Below are positions 35,222-45,065 of a DNA stretch of 48,254 bases, in pieces. The stretch covers positions 1 to 48,254 of the forward strand of contig CAJWKQ010000003.1 of the NCBI GenBank assembly GCA_913041895.1. Direction: 5' to 3'. The translations under genes were made by a program, and so were the position numbers. Under the pieces are notes generated by a model. It made no database searches, was not told where the DNA came from, and worked only from the letters and a program-made list of their open reading frames with translations. The stretch's first letter is position 1; every line of letters starts with the position of its first letter. This stretch comes from an uncultured Verrucomicrobiales bacterium. Its GTDB lineage: Bacteria; Verrucomicrobiota; Verrucomicrobiia; Limisphaerales; UBA1100.

Positions 35222-37039
35222 ATGGCGTACCACGGGCCAGTTAGTATAGATCCCTCCTTTAAATCCCGTAAACGGTCGACGGGTGAAATCTTAAAACGGG
35301 TATGGGTGTACCTTCTCCCTTATAAGGGCCTTGCCCTAGCAACCGTGGGCTGTGCGGTGCTCTCACTGGCCTGTGCGCTAACCTATCCTAAATTAACCGA
35401 GTACATTATTGACGGCATCATTCAAAAGGAAGGCGGGACTCAGCGCCTAAAGTGGGCGGTGCTGGCTATGGCTGGCGCATTTCTTCTTCGTGATCTTTTT
35501 AACAGTCTGCGCATCCGCATTAATAATCACTTCGAGCAAAATGTTATCTATGACATGCGTCGGGAGGTTTTTGGGAAATTGCAACGTTTACCCATTACAT
35601 ACTTTGACAAACGCTCCAGCGGAGATCTCATGACGCGTGTTGTCGAAGATATTAATAATGTAGAACGGGTTTTAATTGACGGAACAGAACAGGGCACCGT
35701 CGCTATTCTCTGCATTGGCGGCATCTGTGGAATTCTATTTTACACCAATCCATTTCTGGCCGTAGTCGCCCTATCTCCTCTGCCGTTATTGGCTCTGGGA
35801 GCCCTGTGGTACACTCTCACGGCTCACCGTCGCTACCGTCGTCAACGTGAAGCATCCAGCGCAATGAATGCAATCCTCATGGATGACTTACAAGGCATAC
35901 GTCAAATTAAAGCCTACGGCAGACAAGTACATGAGGATGAGCGCTTTGCTGACCGTGCCGAAAACTTGCGGCAGGGGAACCTAGGAATTATGCGCGCGTG
36001 GGCAAGTTATAATCCTGCCATGAGTTTTTTTGCTGCACTGGGGACTGTGCTGGTACTTTGGTTTGGCGGCAAGGCGGTGATGGCAGGGGGAATGACGCCA
36101 GGCGAACTGGTTGGGTTCCTTTTTTATCTCATGCTCTTTTATGAGCCAGTCGCCCGACTCCACGGCCTAAACCAAATGCTACAGAGTGCGCGTGCAGCTG
36201 GAGAACGGGTTTTTGACATCCTTGATCACGAAACCGAACGCGATGAGTCAGGCACCAAAGAGCTACAACAGCCGGTAAAAGGAGATGTTATCTATACGGA
36301 TATCAACTTTGAGTACGAACCTGAAAGACCGGTGCTTAAAAACATATCACTTCACGCAAAGCCCGGGGAAATGATCGCTTTGGTCGGCCCTACGGGCGCT
36401 GGAAAAAGCACCCTAGTAAGTTTGCTGCCGGCATTTTACGAATATACATCAGGTGCTGTAACCATCGATGGGCAATCGGTAGCCGACACCTCGTTAACCT
36501 CCTTGCGCCACAACATTGCCATCGTTAGCCAGGAACCCTTTCTCTTCAATGGAACTATCCGCGAAAATATTCTGTACGGACAACTTGATGCAAATGAGGA
36601 ACAAATTATCGAGGCCGCCAAAGCAGCCAATTGTCATACTTTCATTCAGGAACTGCACGATGGGTATGATTCACGTGTCGGTGAACGCGGCGTCAAACTT
36701 AGTGTGGGGGAAAAACAACGCGTTAGTATCGCGCGTGCGCTTCTGGCAGATGCTCCTATATTGATTTTGGATGAAGCCACCGCAAGTGTGGATACGGCAA
36801 CTGAACGTCTTATTCAGGAAGCACTCGTACGTCTCATGAAAAACCGGACGAGTTTTGTAATAGCCCACAGGCTCAGTACCATTCGGAAAGCAGATCAAAT
36901 TTTAGTCCTAAAAGAAGGAGCTATTGTCGAACAGGGCACCCATGAAGAACTTGTTGAAGCTGATGGGCTCTACGCAAAGTTGGCCAGAATACAAAATACA
37001 ACTTTTATTGAGGAGAGCTTTGAACGGATTGAGGCTTAA
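35222..37039 (+). CDS. ABC transporter, fused permease/ATP-binding (exporter type)
   Basis: Six-TM N-terminal domain with YFDKRSSGDLMTR, Walker A GPTGAGKST, Q-loop SQEPFLF, signature variant LSVGEKQR, ILILDEATA, IAHRLST. Confidence 0.95.
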   Translation: MAYHGPVSIDPSFKSRKRSTGEILKRVWVYLLPYKGLALATVGCAVLSLACALTYPKLTEYIIDGIIQKEGGTQRLKWAVLAMAGAFLLRDLFNSLRIRINNHFEQNVIYDMRREVFGKLQRLPITYFDKRSSGDLMTRVVEDINNVERVLIDGTEQGTVAILCIGGICGILFYTNPFLAVVALSPLPLLALGALWYTLTAHRRYRRQREASSAMNAILMDDLQGIRQIKAYGRQVHEDERFADRAENLRQGNLGIMRAWASYNPAMSFFAALGTVLVLWFGGKAVMAGGMTPGELVGFLFYLMLFYEPVARLHGLNQMLQSARAAGERVFDILDHETERDESGTKELQQPVKGDVIYTDINFEYEPERPVLKNISLHAKPGEMIALVGPTGAGKSTLVSLLPAFYEYTSGAVTIDGQSVADTSLTSLRHNIAIVSQEPFLFNGTIRENILYGQLDANEEQIIEAAKAANCHTFIQELHDGYDSRVGERGVKLSVGEKQRVSIARALLADAPILILDEATASVDTATERLIQEALVRLMKNRTSFVIAHRLSTIRKADQILVLKEGAIVEQGTHEELVEADGLYAKLARIQNTTFIEESFERIEA

Positions 37040-39183
37040 CCGAGAACCTGCTTGCTAAGCTCAGGGTAATTTACCTTACCCGATCCCAGAACAGGAATTT
37101 CAGGCAACACTTTGATTTCACGAGGCACAGCCAAGTTCGGTAATCCGGCACCAGTAACAGCTCCGCGTACTTCCTCCACGGTAAGCTCTTCCTTGTTGGT
37201 CGCCGCAATTAGCTGCTCCCCTTTGTCTGCATCAGGTCGGGTAACAACCGCTATCGTGCAATCCTCTCCATGCTGCGGGAATGCCCCGGCCAAAGCCGCC
37301 TCGACTGCCGTCAAGCTAACCATCTCACCACTGATCTTGGCGAATCTCTTGGCACGTCCCTTAATGGTTATATAACGCTCCTCGTCGACGGTTACAATGT
37401 CACCAGTGTCATACCAGCCGTTGAGTTTTTTAAACTCAGCATTAGGTTCCGGGTTCAGATAGCCCTTCATAATATTCGGCCCCTTAACCAGCAGCTTTCC
37501 GCCTTCTTCAACTCCTTCGATTGGTTCTATCTTATAATCTATCCCTGGAAAAAGTCTTCCCACTGAACCGTCTCGATTCTCAACAATGGTATTTGTTGAA
37601 AGCACAGGACTCGTTTCAGTAGCTCCATAGCCCTCGACCAATGTAACTCCGAATTTTCGCGCCCATATTTGCCTGGTCGCTTCCTGCACCTTTTCAGCCC
37701 CACAAATGACATACCTCAAACTGGCAAAGTCAGCTGCAACCCCAAAACGAGCGTATCCATTAAGGAACGTATTGGTCGCCAACAGGATCGTGCAATCCCT
37801 ATCATAAAATGCTTCGGGTATCTGCCTATACATTAAAGGTGAAGGAAATAGATAAGCATAGCTACCTCGTAAAAGTGGTAACAGCGTTCCCGCTGTGAGG
37901 CCAAAACTGTGGAAAAGAGGAAGGCAAGTGAAGAATCTTTCACTTTCTTTAAGATCCAGTACGGACATGATTTGGCGAACATTGGCGAGCAAATTTTTGT
38001 GAGTAAGCTCCACTCCTTTTGGGGTTCCCTCGGAGCCGCTGGTAAACAGAACCACCGCTGTGTCGGCAAAAGGAGTATAATCTCCAGCCCATGGGTTAAT
38101 CTTGTGGTTTATAAACGCGCATAACTTTGAAAAGCCTGAAATCTGTTTTCCTATTTCATCCAAATAAATCACTTCAATGCCAGCTTCCTCAAGGGGCTTA
38201 ATGTCCAGTTTAGCCTTTTCCAGAAACGAGGTAGCAGTGATAACCTGCTTAATTCCAGCTAACTCAATGCATTGAAGCATCGTCGACATGGTGGAAGTGT
38301 AATTCAAAATCGCAGGCACTTTGCCAGAGGCCCACAAGCTGGTTAGTGTTGCCACATGACTGTTTACATTTGGCAAGAGAACTCCAACCCGTTCTGCCCG
38401 TTTGTCCAGCAATTGGGACCACTTGTCTGCCAAGAGATCTGTTCCAATCAATAGCTCACGATAAGTCATGGTCTTGAAGGTAGTATCTTCAAGCACAATT
38501 TGATTAGGAATCTGTTTGGCCAATTTAGCTAGAGCGGTTATGAGAGTTTGCTCACCAAACTCCATCTCCACATCAAACTGCTGACGCAGCATCCGGTCGC
38601 GAAGCCATTGATTTAACTTGGCGCGTTGATCAGCAGGCTTGCCTTCATACTCTGGTGGATCAACCGGATCATCAAAGTGCGCCGTCACTTTAGGAAACAT
38701 CTTGGTCCAACCCCCATGAGGGCTGGCCAGCACACGTCCTGCACCACGCAGGTAGCAGGTAATCACCTTTGCTTTGGTCTTTTGGATCAAAAATCCTGTA
38801 CCACCAAAAAGACGCTGCAAACACCCAGTGCGACTCATTCGGCCTTCTGCAAAAAGAATTAATTTGCCTCCCGACTCAAGATGAGCAGTCATCTTCTTGA
38901 GGGAAGCTGCCGGGTCCGCTCCAATTAATATAATCCGCGGATTACCTAAAATCCATGCATGTAATTTGCTCGTACGGGCAGGCATCTCAGAAGCGGCAAA
39001 CATCCAGTCTGGATCAACACAAAGACCTACAAAAAGCCAATCGATCCACGAAAGGTGATTGGGTATGAGTAAAACAGGCCCCTCACACTTAGCGGCTTCC
39101 TCATTAAATGCCCTAAAACGGAACCACACGCGCAAGAGCAAGCGCATGGCTTTGAGAATAAAACGGTTGGCCCAAATATTCAT
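37036..39183 (-). CDS. aas: Bifunctional lysophospholipid acyltransferase / acyl-ACP synthetase (Aas-like)
   Basis: PlsC motifs PNHLSWID and FAEGR; AMP-binding FTSGSEGTPKGV, LPLFHSFG, EGYGATETSP, WYDTGDIV, GRAKRFAKISGEMVSL, GSGKVNY. Confidence 0.88.
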   Translation of the reverse strand: MNIWANRFILKAMRLLLRVWFRFRAFNEEAAKCEGPVLLIPNHLSWIDWLFVGLCVDPDWMFAASEMPARTSKLHAWILGNPRIILIGADPAASLKKMTAHLESGGKLILFAEGRMSRTGCLQRLFGGTGFLIQKTKAKVITCYLRGAGRVLASPHGGWTKMFPKVTAHFDDPVDPPEYEGKPADQRAKLNQWLRDRMLRQQFDVEMEFGEQTLITALAKLAKQIPNQIVLEDTTFKTMTYRELLIGTDLLADKWSQLLDKRAERVGVLLPNVNSHVATLTSLWASGKVPAILNYTSTMSTMLQCIELAGIKQVITATSFLEKAKLDIKPLEEAGIEVIYLDEIGKQISGFSKLCAFINHKINPWAGDYTPFADTAVVLFTSGSEGTPKGVELTHKNLLANVRQIMSVLDLKESERFFTCLPLFHSFGLTAGTLLPLLRGSYAYLFPSPLMYRQIPEAFYDRDCTILLATNTFLNGYARFGVAADFASLRYVICGAEKVQEATRQIWARKFGVTLVEGYGATETSPVLSTNTIVENRDGSVGRLFPGIDYKIEPIEGVEEGGKLLVKGPNIMKGYLNPEPNAEFKKLNGWYDTGDIVTVDEERYITIKGRAKRFAKISGEMVSLTAVEAALAGAFPQHGEDCTIAVVTRPDADKGEQLIAATNKEELTVEEVRGAVTGAGLPNLAVPREIKVLPEIPVLGSGKVNYPELSKQVLG

Positions 39184-39345
39184 TGTTGAGATGGATTGTA
39201 GCGAAAAGTCGAGATGAGTAAAATTGATAAAATCAATGCGATGCTAGGTGTGAAATTATGTATTATAATCTTTTATTCTAGTTGCACCCTCAACCTAATC
39301 AGCTACGCTGATGACTGCATTTTTACCCAAAAAAGGAATCACATT

Positions 39346-40539
39346 ATGGGATGGTTATCAGGACAATTAATCGACATCATTGAATGGCTGGATGATGGAC
39401 AGGACACGATGGTCTACCGCTTCGAACGCCACAATAACGAAATCAAAAACGGTGCTAAGCTCGTGGTTCGTCCCGGTCAAGCTGCCGTATTTGTGAACGA
39501 AGGAGGCACAAGTGTGGCGGATGTATTTGAGCCGGGCACCCACGAACTAACTACGGCCAATCTTCCAATCTTATCCACACTCATGGGCTGGAAGCATGGC
39601 TTTGAAAGCCCGTTTAAGGCAGAAGTATATTTCTTTAAGACCACCAAATTCACGGATCTCAAATGGGGAACGCGCGCGCCGGTGACCGTAGAGTGTGCAG
39701 GCTATGGCATGTTTGACCTTCGAGCCAATGGCACCTATGTCATGCAAATCCAAGATCCTCAAAAATTCTTGAAGGAGAAAGTGGGTACCGATGGCAATTT
39801 TCAGATCGATGAAATTTCAAACGACTTGCGCGAAGAAATCCTGATGAACGTCAGTGATCGACTTGGTGAAATGGAATTAGATCCAGGTAAGCTAACTGGC
39901 AAGATGAAGGATATTTCCGAAGAGTTGCAAGCGCCCTTACAGGAATACTTCAGCACGCTGGGACTTGAAATCACCCGCTTCCGCGTAGCCAGTATTTCCA
40001 TGCCCGATGATGTGCGTAAAGAGCTCATGGAAATGAGCCGCCTTGGGGCCAAAAAACTTGCCGGAGCCGATCCCAATGCCATGCAAAATCTCACCGCCCT
40101 GCGCGCCAGTCGCGCGATGGGTGACTTGGCCAACAACCCCGGTGCCGGGGGTGTTGCCGGGGCCGGTATGGGTATGGGCATGGGTATGATGATGGGCAAC
40201 CAAATGGGTGCCGCCGCAATGGGCGCAACGCAACCCGCAGCCGCGCAACCACAACAACAAGATGCACCTCCATTGCCCGGGGCAGCTCCTGCAGCGGGTG
40301 GCACTCGATACAAAGTAGGAATCAACAACGAACAATATGGTCCCTATGATATCGCTCGCCTTCAGTCCATGGCCAATGACGGCAGCTTCAAACCTGACAT
40401 GGTCGTCTGGGCTGCTGGTATGTCCGGTTGGACTAAAGCCGGTGAAGTCCCTGAACTGGCGGGCCTTTTCGGTGCACCACCTCTTCCAGGAGGCGATGCT
40501 CCTCCGCTACCTAGTGATGAGCCTCCCTCTTTACCTTAA
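39346..40539 (+). CDS. SPFH/band-7-like domain protein with C-terminal GYF_2 (DUF4339) domain
   Basis: IDIIEW, IKNGAKLVVRPGQAAVFV, ESPFKAEVYF, KWGT, GMGMGMG linker, QYGPY...VW..GMSGW..A.EVPEL. Start at ATG 39346 with AAGGA upstream. Confidence 0.85.
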   Translation: MGWLSGQLIDIIEWLDDGQDTMVYRFERHNNEIKNGAKLVVRPGQAAVFVNEGGTSVADVFEPGTHELTTANLPILSTLMGWKHGFESPFKAEVYFFKTTKFTDLKWGTRAPVTVECAGYGMFDLRANGTYVMQIQDPQKFLKEKVGTDGNFQIDEISNDLREEILMNVSDRLGEMELDPGKLTGKMKDISEELQAPLQEYFSTLGLEITRFRVASISMPDDVRKELMEMSRLGAKKLAGADPNAMQNLTALRASRAMGDLANNPGAGGVAGAGMGMGMGMMMGNQMGAAAMGATQPAAAQPQQQDAPPLPGAAPAAGGTRYKVGINNEQYGPYDIARLQSMANDGSFKPDMVVWAAGMSGWTKAGEVPELAGLFGAPPLPGGDAPPLPSDEPPSLP

Positions 40540-40567
40540 AACAGCCTGATTTTAGGAGCTCACACCC

Positions 40568-41878
40568 TTGCAGATTACGATCAATCGCGATGGTGAAAAT
40601 CACGGACCCTACCCATTAGAAGAGGTACAAAAGCTCCTCGCCAATGGCGTGGTTCAGGAAAATGATCTGGGATATTATGAGGGAGCGGCAAACTGGATGC
40701 CATTAAGAGACATACCTGCCTTAAAAAATCCGATAGATTTGCCGCCGGTAATCGAAGATGAGGAACCACCCATTATGACTGAGCAATCAAATTCACCCGA
40801 AAAATCAGGCCCCTCCACCTTTCCGTGCAGTGGATGCGGCGGCGATCTCATTTTTAGTCCGGGAGCAGCGAAAATGGAGTGCCCATACTGCGGGGCCACA
40901 GTTGACTGTCCGGCCCCTACTGGACAGGTCTCCGAACACGATTTTGAGAGTCAGCTGAGCTCCCTTGAATCGGGAGCGGCGACCACCACTGTCACAGAAG
41001 TGAACTGTGAGGCCTGTGCAGCAACCAATCAATTGGAAGCCAACGCAACCTCTGGCGAATGTGCCTTTTGTGGAACCCCGTTTGTCCAGCAACCTCAATC
41101 GGCCAATGTAATCCAGCCTCAAGCTGTACTGCCTTTTAGCATTACACGCGAGGAGGGCATAAGACTTTTCCGTGAGTGGATCGGCAGCCTCTGGTTCGCC
41201 CCAAATAAACTCAAGCAGTTTGCACGTGATATCGAGAAACTAAAGGGCTTGTATCTGCCACATTGGACCTACGATTCTGATACTACCACCGATTACATGG
41301 GCGAACGCGGTGAGCATTACTATGAAACGGAGCATTACACAGATAGCGAGGGCAATTCGCGCACCCGCCAGGTACGAAGGACACGCTGGTATCATGCTTC
41401 AGGAAGGGTGTGGCTGAAATTCGATGACATTCTGGTCCCAGCAAGCGACACACTACCGCGCAAATATGTCGATGAGTTGGAGCCGTGGGATTTGCAGGCA
41501 CTTACCCCTTATTCAGACAGTTATTTGAGTGGGTTTCAGAGTGAAAGCTATACCACCGACTTGAGGGGTGGATTCAATATTGCCAAAGACAAGATGGCTC
41601 CGGACATCGATCAAAAAATCAGATGGGATATTGGCGGGGATGAACAACGCATCTATAGCAAGAACACTTATTATTCAGATATTACCTTCAAATATATCCT
41701 GCTGCCGGTTTGGATTAGTGCCTACCGTTTTAAGGAGATAACTTACCGATTCCTGATTAATGCCCGCACCGGCGAGGTCCAAGGCGAGCGTCCGTACAGT
41801 TGGGTGAAGATCACACTCCTGGTACTATTCATACTCGCAGTGATCGGAACTATCGTGTATTTCGCGAGCCAGAAGTGA
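40568..41878 (+). CDS. GYF_2 + double zinc-ribbon membrane-anchored protein (SPFH partner)
   Basis: N-terminal HGPY...W.PL GYF_2, FPCSGCG, CPYCG, CEAC, CAFCG, YLPHWTYD, LEPWDL, LLPVW, INARTGEVQGERPYS, C-terminal TM. TTG start with AGGAG 9 nt upstream. Confidence 0.8.
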   Translation: MQITINRDGENHGPYPLEEVQKLLANGVVQENDLGYYEGAANWMPLRDIPALKNPIDLPPVIEDEEPPIMTEQSNSPEKSGPSTFPCSGCGGDLIFSPGAAKMECPYCGATVDCPAPTGQVSEHDFESQLSSLESGAATTTVTEVNCEACAATNQLEANATSGECAFCGTPFVQQPQSANVIQPQAVLPFSITREEGIRLFREWIGSLWFAPNKLKQFARDIEKLKGLYLPHWTYDSDTTTDYMGERGEHYYETEHYTDSEGNSRTRQVRRTRWYHASGRVWLKFDDILVPASDTLPRKYVDELEPWDLQALTPYSDSYLSGFQSESYTTDLRGGFNIAKDKMAPDIDQKIRWDIGGDEQRIYSKNTYYSDITFKYILLPVWISAYRFKEITYRFLINARTGEVQGERPYSWVKITLLVLFILAVIGTIVYFASQK

Positions 41879-43197
41879 GCACTGTTTCATCCGACCGACC
41901 ACTAGGATTCTGGTCCGCCACTGCAGCGGTAGTGGCGACCATGATTGGTGCCGGAATTTTCGGAGCTACCGGCGGCTTTGCCTACACACTTGAAACTGAT
42001 GCCAATGTCCTGTTGGTTTGGCTTTTCTGCGGTCTACTCGCTCTGACGGGTGCGCTTTCTCTCGGGGAGCTGGGCTCCATGTATCCGCGAAGCGGTGGCT
42101 GCTACGCCTATAACCGTCACATTTATGGAGAAACCGCCGGTTACCTCAGCGGGGTACTAAGTTGGTTTCTGGCCTTTGTTGGAGCCCTGGCATACATCAC
42201 GTTATTATTGGGATATCACATACAACAATTCGTCCCAAGCCTTCCGCCAGCGGCTTCAGCAAGTATTGCCACTATAATTTTAACTGCCATTCATTGTTTC
42301 GGGTTTCGTGAGGGAAATTGGATGAACAATGCTTTCACCATTTTTAAGATCGGAGTTATCTTGTCATTTATTGTCGCGGGTTTCTACGTGCCATCCCAAG
42401 CAGAGCTAAGTACCTCCATCGATTTCCATATCATTATTTCCAAGCCATTCGCTTCTGCCATGATTTCTGCAAGCTTTGCCTATCTAGGCTGGGAAACGGC
42501 CACTTGGATAGCGGGAGATTTGCGCGACCCACAAAAAACCCTGCATCGCTCGTTAATCGCAGGCACCGCTTTTGTTACCTCCCTCTATTTATTGCTTAAC
42601 ATCGTATTCCTTCGGGCCCAATCAGTAACTTCTATGGAGGGAGCAATCGATGGAATTGGATTGCACGCAGCTCAACGGCTATTTAGTGGTAATGTAAGTA
42701 CTTGGTTTAATTGCATGATCATCGTCGTGCTAATTTCCTCCACCAGCACCATCCTGATGGTAGGGGCCAGACTCCTCGCAACCATGGCAAAAGATGGGCA
42801 ATTGCCTCATTCTTTGACCAAAACCAACTCTCGCAAAGCTCCGACTACTGCACTTCTCATTCAGGGTGGTCTTACCATTATTTTTGTCTGGGCAGCCAGC
42901 TCTCATGGCAATGCCGATAGTGTGCTGGTTTTAATCGGCATACCGACAACCATCATTATGGCGAGTGCAGTAGCTGGCGTTATGATTCTGCGTCATCGTG
43001 AGCCAGATACTGAGAGACCATTCCACACACCTCTTTACCCGCTTCCTCCCATCTTATTTCTAGGACTATCGCTTTGGATGCTTGTATCGACATTACAATA
43101 CAAATGGCAGGCCTCTCTTGGCTCAATAGCCTTGGTTCTCGTGGTCTGGGCATTGAAGCCACTTTTGCGTTCTTCCAATCCAATCGAGGATAATTGA
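41875..43197 (+). CDS. APC family amino acid permease
   Basis: MIGAGIF, ELGSMYPRSGG.Y.Y, FAYLGWE, DPQKTL, MAKDGQLP, RPFHTPLYP. GTG start overlaps the upstream TGA (GTGA 41875-41878). Confidence 0.9.
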   Translation: MSTVSSDRPLGFWSATAAVVATMIGAGIFGATGGFAYTLETDANVLLVWLFCGLLALTGALSLGELGSMYPRSGGCYAYNRHIYGETAGYLSGVLSWFLAFVGALAYITLLLGYHIQQFVPSLPPAASASIATIILTAIHCFGFREGNWMNNAFTIFKIGVILSFIVAGFYVPSQAELSTSIDFHIIISKPFASAMISASFAYLGWETATWIAGDLRDPQKTLHRSLIAGTAFVTSLYLLLNIVFLRAQSVTSMEGAIDGIGLHAAQRLFSGNVSTWFNCMIIVVLISSTSTILMVGARLLATMAKDGQLPHSLTKTNSRKAPTTALLIQGGLTIIFVWAASSHGNADSVLVLIGIPTTIIMASAVAGVMILRHREPDTERPFHTPLYPLPPILFLGLSLWMLVSTLQYKWQASLGSIALVLVVWALKPLLRSSNPIEDN

Positions 43198-43199
43198 AC

Positions 43200-43227
43200 C
43201 TGACATTTAGCTCCCATACCTTATCCT
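43200..43227 (+). promoter_or_regulatory. Putative sigma70-type promoter (leaderless) of the cytochrome c gene
   Basis: CTGACA (43200-43205), 16 nt, TATCCT (43222-43227), 7 nt, GTG 43235. Confidence 0.45.
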
Positions 43228-43234
43228 TCTCGTC

Positions 43235-45061
43235 GTGCGTCCTTATCTAGTTATCATTTTTATCAGTGTGCTATTTTCAGCAGGTGCCGTAGATTTCAAG
43301 AAGGACATTCAACCTCTATTGAAGAACAAATGTTCAAGATGCCACTCCGGTCACGAGGCCAAGGGCGATTTTTCAATTAACACACGCGATTCTTTGTTAA
43401 AAGCCGCCAAGCCCGGAGACAGTGGCAGTAGTTTACTGTTTCAGCTCATCACCTCAAAAGATCCTGAAGAGCGGATGCCTTCTAAGGGAGAAGCTCTCAC
43501 TCCAAAGCAAGTCGCAATGGTGAAAACGTGGATTGATGAGGGGATAGTCTGGCCTAAAGATTACAGTTTTGCCCAGTGGCGCAAGGCTCCGCTTGCTCCA
43601 CGCACAGTCAAACTACCCCCTGTAAAGAATGGTCTCAAGAATCCCGTTGATCGTTTGCTCCAGTCTTATTTTAACAAGAAGGGTGTGAAACAATGGAAAC
43701 TCGTAGACGACCGAATTTTTCTCAGGCGAGCTTATCTTGACCTTATCGGTCTTCTTCCAACCCCTGATCAGTACCGTTCCTTCTCAGAAGATAGGGACTC
43801 TGCCAAATATGAAAAGGTGGTGGATGCCCTTTTAGCCAATGATGAACACTACATGCAGCACTGGATTTCATTCTGGAACGATGCCTTTCGCAACAGCTAC
43901 ACCCGGCAATACCACGGCGGAAATAAATACCGCTTAACCAACTGGCTTAAAACTTCACTTAAGGCCAATAAACCTTATGACAAATTTGCTCACGAGTTAA
44001 TCAGTCCCAACTCCGGTGAACAAGCCGCTTTCATTGACGGAATAAAATGGAGGGGAACCGTTAATTCCTCACAGGTTGTGGAGATGCAGGCAGCTCAAAA
44101 CGTTGCTCAGGTTTTTCTGGGGCTAAATCTGAAGTGTGCTTCCTGTCATGATAGTTTTATCAATAGTTGGACTCTCGACCAGTCCTATGCTTTCGCCTCG
44201 GTCTTCGCCAATGCGCCCATGGAAAAACATCGCTGTGACAAGCCGACTGGCAACAAGGTATCTGCAGGATTCCTTTACCCTGAGCTTGGTAAAGTGGACC
44301 CCAAGGCCTCGCGTAAGGTTCGGTTGAAGCAGTTGGCCGATCTCATGACAAAAAAAGAAAATGGCCGATTCTCACGAGTCATCGTGAATCGATTATGGGC
44401 TTCCTTTTTCGGCAGAGGCTTGGTGGACCCTGTAGATGAAATGGATAACGAACCGTGGAGCTCCGACCTTCTCGACTGGTTGGCCCAAGATTTCGCCTCA
44501 AACGGACACGACTTAAAACGGACCATGCGATTACTAGCCACATCACAAGCCTACCGCTTAGCCTCTGTGAATCCCACTCCCAACCAGAAACCGAAAGACT
44601 ATACCTTTAAAGGGCCTCTCACAAAGCGTCTGCGTGCTGAGCAGCTACTTGACGGTCTCGAGCAGCTTGGAGAAGCGGCTTCCCCTCCTCCTAACCGCCT
44701 GGCCTTCAAGCGCCACGGCCTACGTAATCTGGATCGACTCATGCGAATCCTCGGACGCCCCAAGCGCGACCAAGTGGCAACCTCACGCGACCCTCAGCCA
44801 ACCACTTTGCAAGCATTAGAGTTAAGTAACGGCGAGATCATGCATAAAGCCGTGCAAAGGGTTGGAGCAAAATGGGCCTCAGGCAAAAGAACAACAGATC
44901 AATTAATTGAGGATCTGTTTCAAAATGCATTTCTGCGCCGGCCAACCCAGAAGGAGAAAATGCTCGCTGCAAGCTTGCTTGAAGCAAAACCGAGCAACGC
45001 TACGGTCTCAGACCTTGTCTGGGCAATTATTCTACAACCTGAATTCCAACTAATACATTGA
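43235..45061 (+). CDS. Planctomycete-type cytochrome c / DUF1549 / DUF1553 domain protein
   Basis: Signal peptide, VDF.KDIQPLL..KCSRCH, RMP, WIDEG, NPVD, LRRAYLDLIGLLPT, FLGLNLKCASCHD, VNRLW..FFGRGLV, LLDWLA.DF, LRAEQLLD, LQALEL.N, PEF. Confidence 0.9.
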   Translation: MRPYLVIIFISVLFSAGAVDFKKDIQPLLKNKCSRCHSGHEAKGDFSINTRDSLLKAAKPGDSGSSLLFQLITSKDPEERMPSKGEALTPKQVAMVKTWIDEGIVWPKDYSFAQWRKAPLAPRTVKLPPVKNGLKNPVDRLLQSYFNKKGVKQWKLVDDRIFLRRAYLDLIGLLPTPDQYRSFSEDRDSAKYEKVVDALLANDEHYMQHWISFWNDAFRNSYTRQYHGGNKYRLTNWLKTSLKANKPYDKFAHELISPNSGEQAAFIDGIKWRGTVNSSQVVEMQAAQNVAQVFLGLNLKCASCHDSFINSWTLDQSYAFASVFANAPMEKHRCDKPTGNKVSAGFLYPELGKVDPKASRKVRLKQLADLMTKKENGRFSRVIVNRLWASFFGRGLVDPVDEMDNEPWSSDLLDWLAQDFASNGHDLKRTMRLLATSQAYRLASVNPTPNQKPKDYTFKGPLTKRLRAEQLLDGLEQLGEAASPPPNRLAFKRHGLRNLDRLMRILGRPKRDQVATSRDPQPTTLQALELSNGEIMHKAVQRVGAKWASGKRTTDQLIEDLFQNAFLRRPTQKEKMLAASLLEAKPSNATVSDLVWAIILQPEFQLIH

Positions 45062-45065
45062 ATCA

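Noticed and set aside
40140-40215. ggtatg/ggcatg short tandem repeat
   Set aside because: It encodes the GMGMGMG linker typical of this SPFH family, not an independent element.
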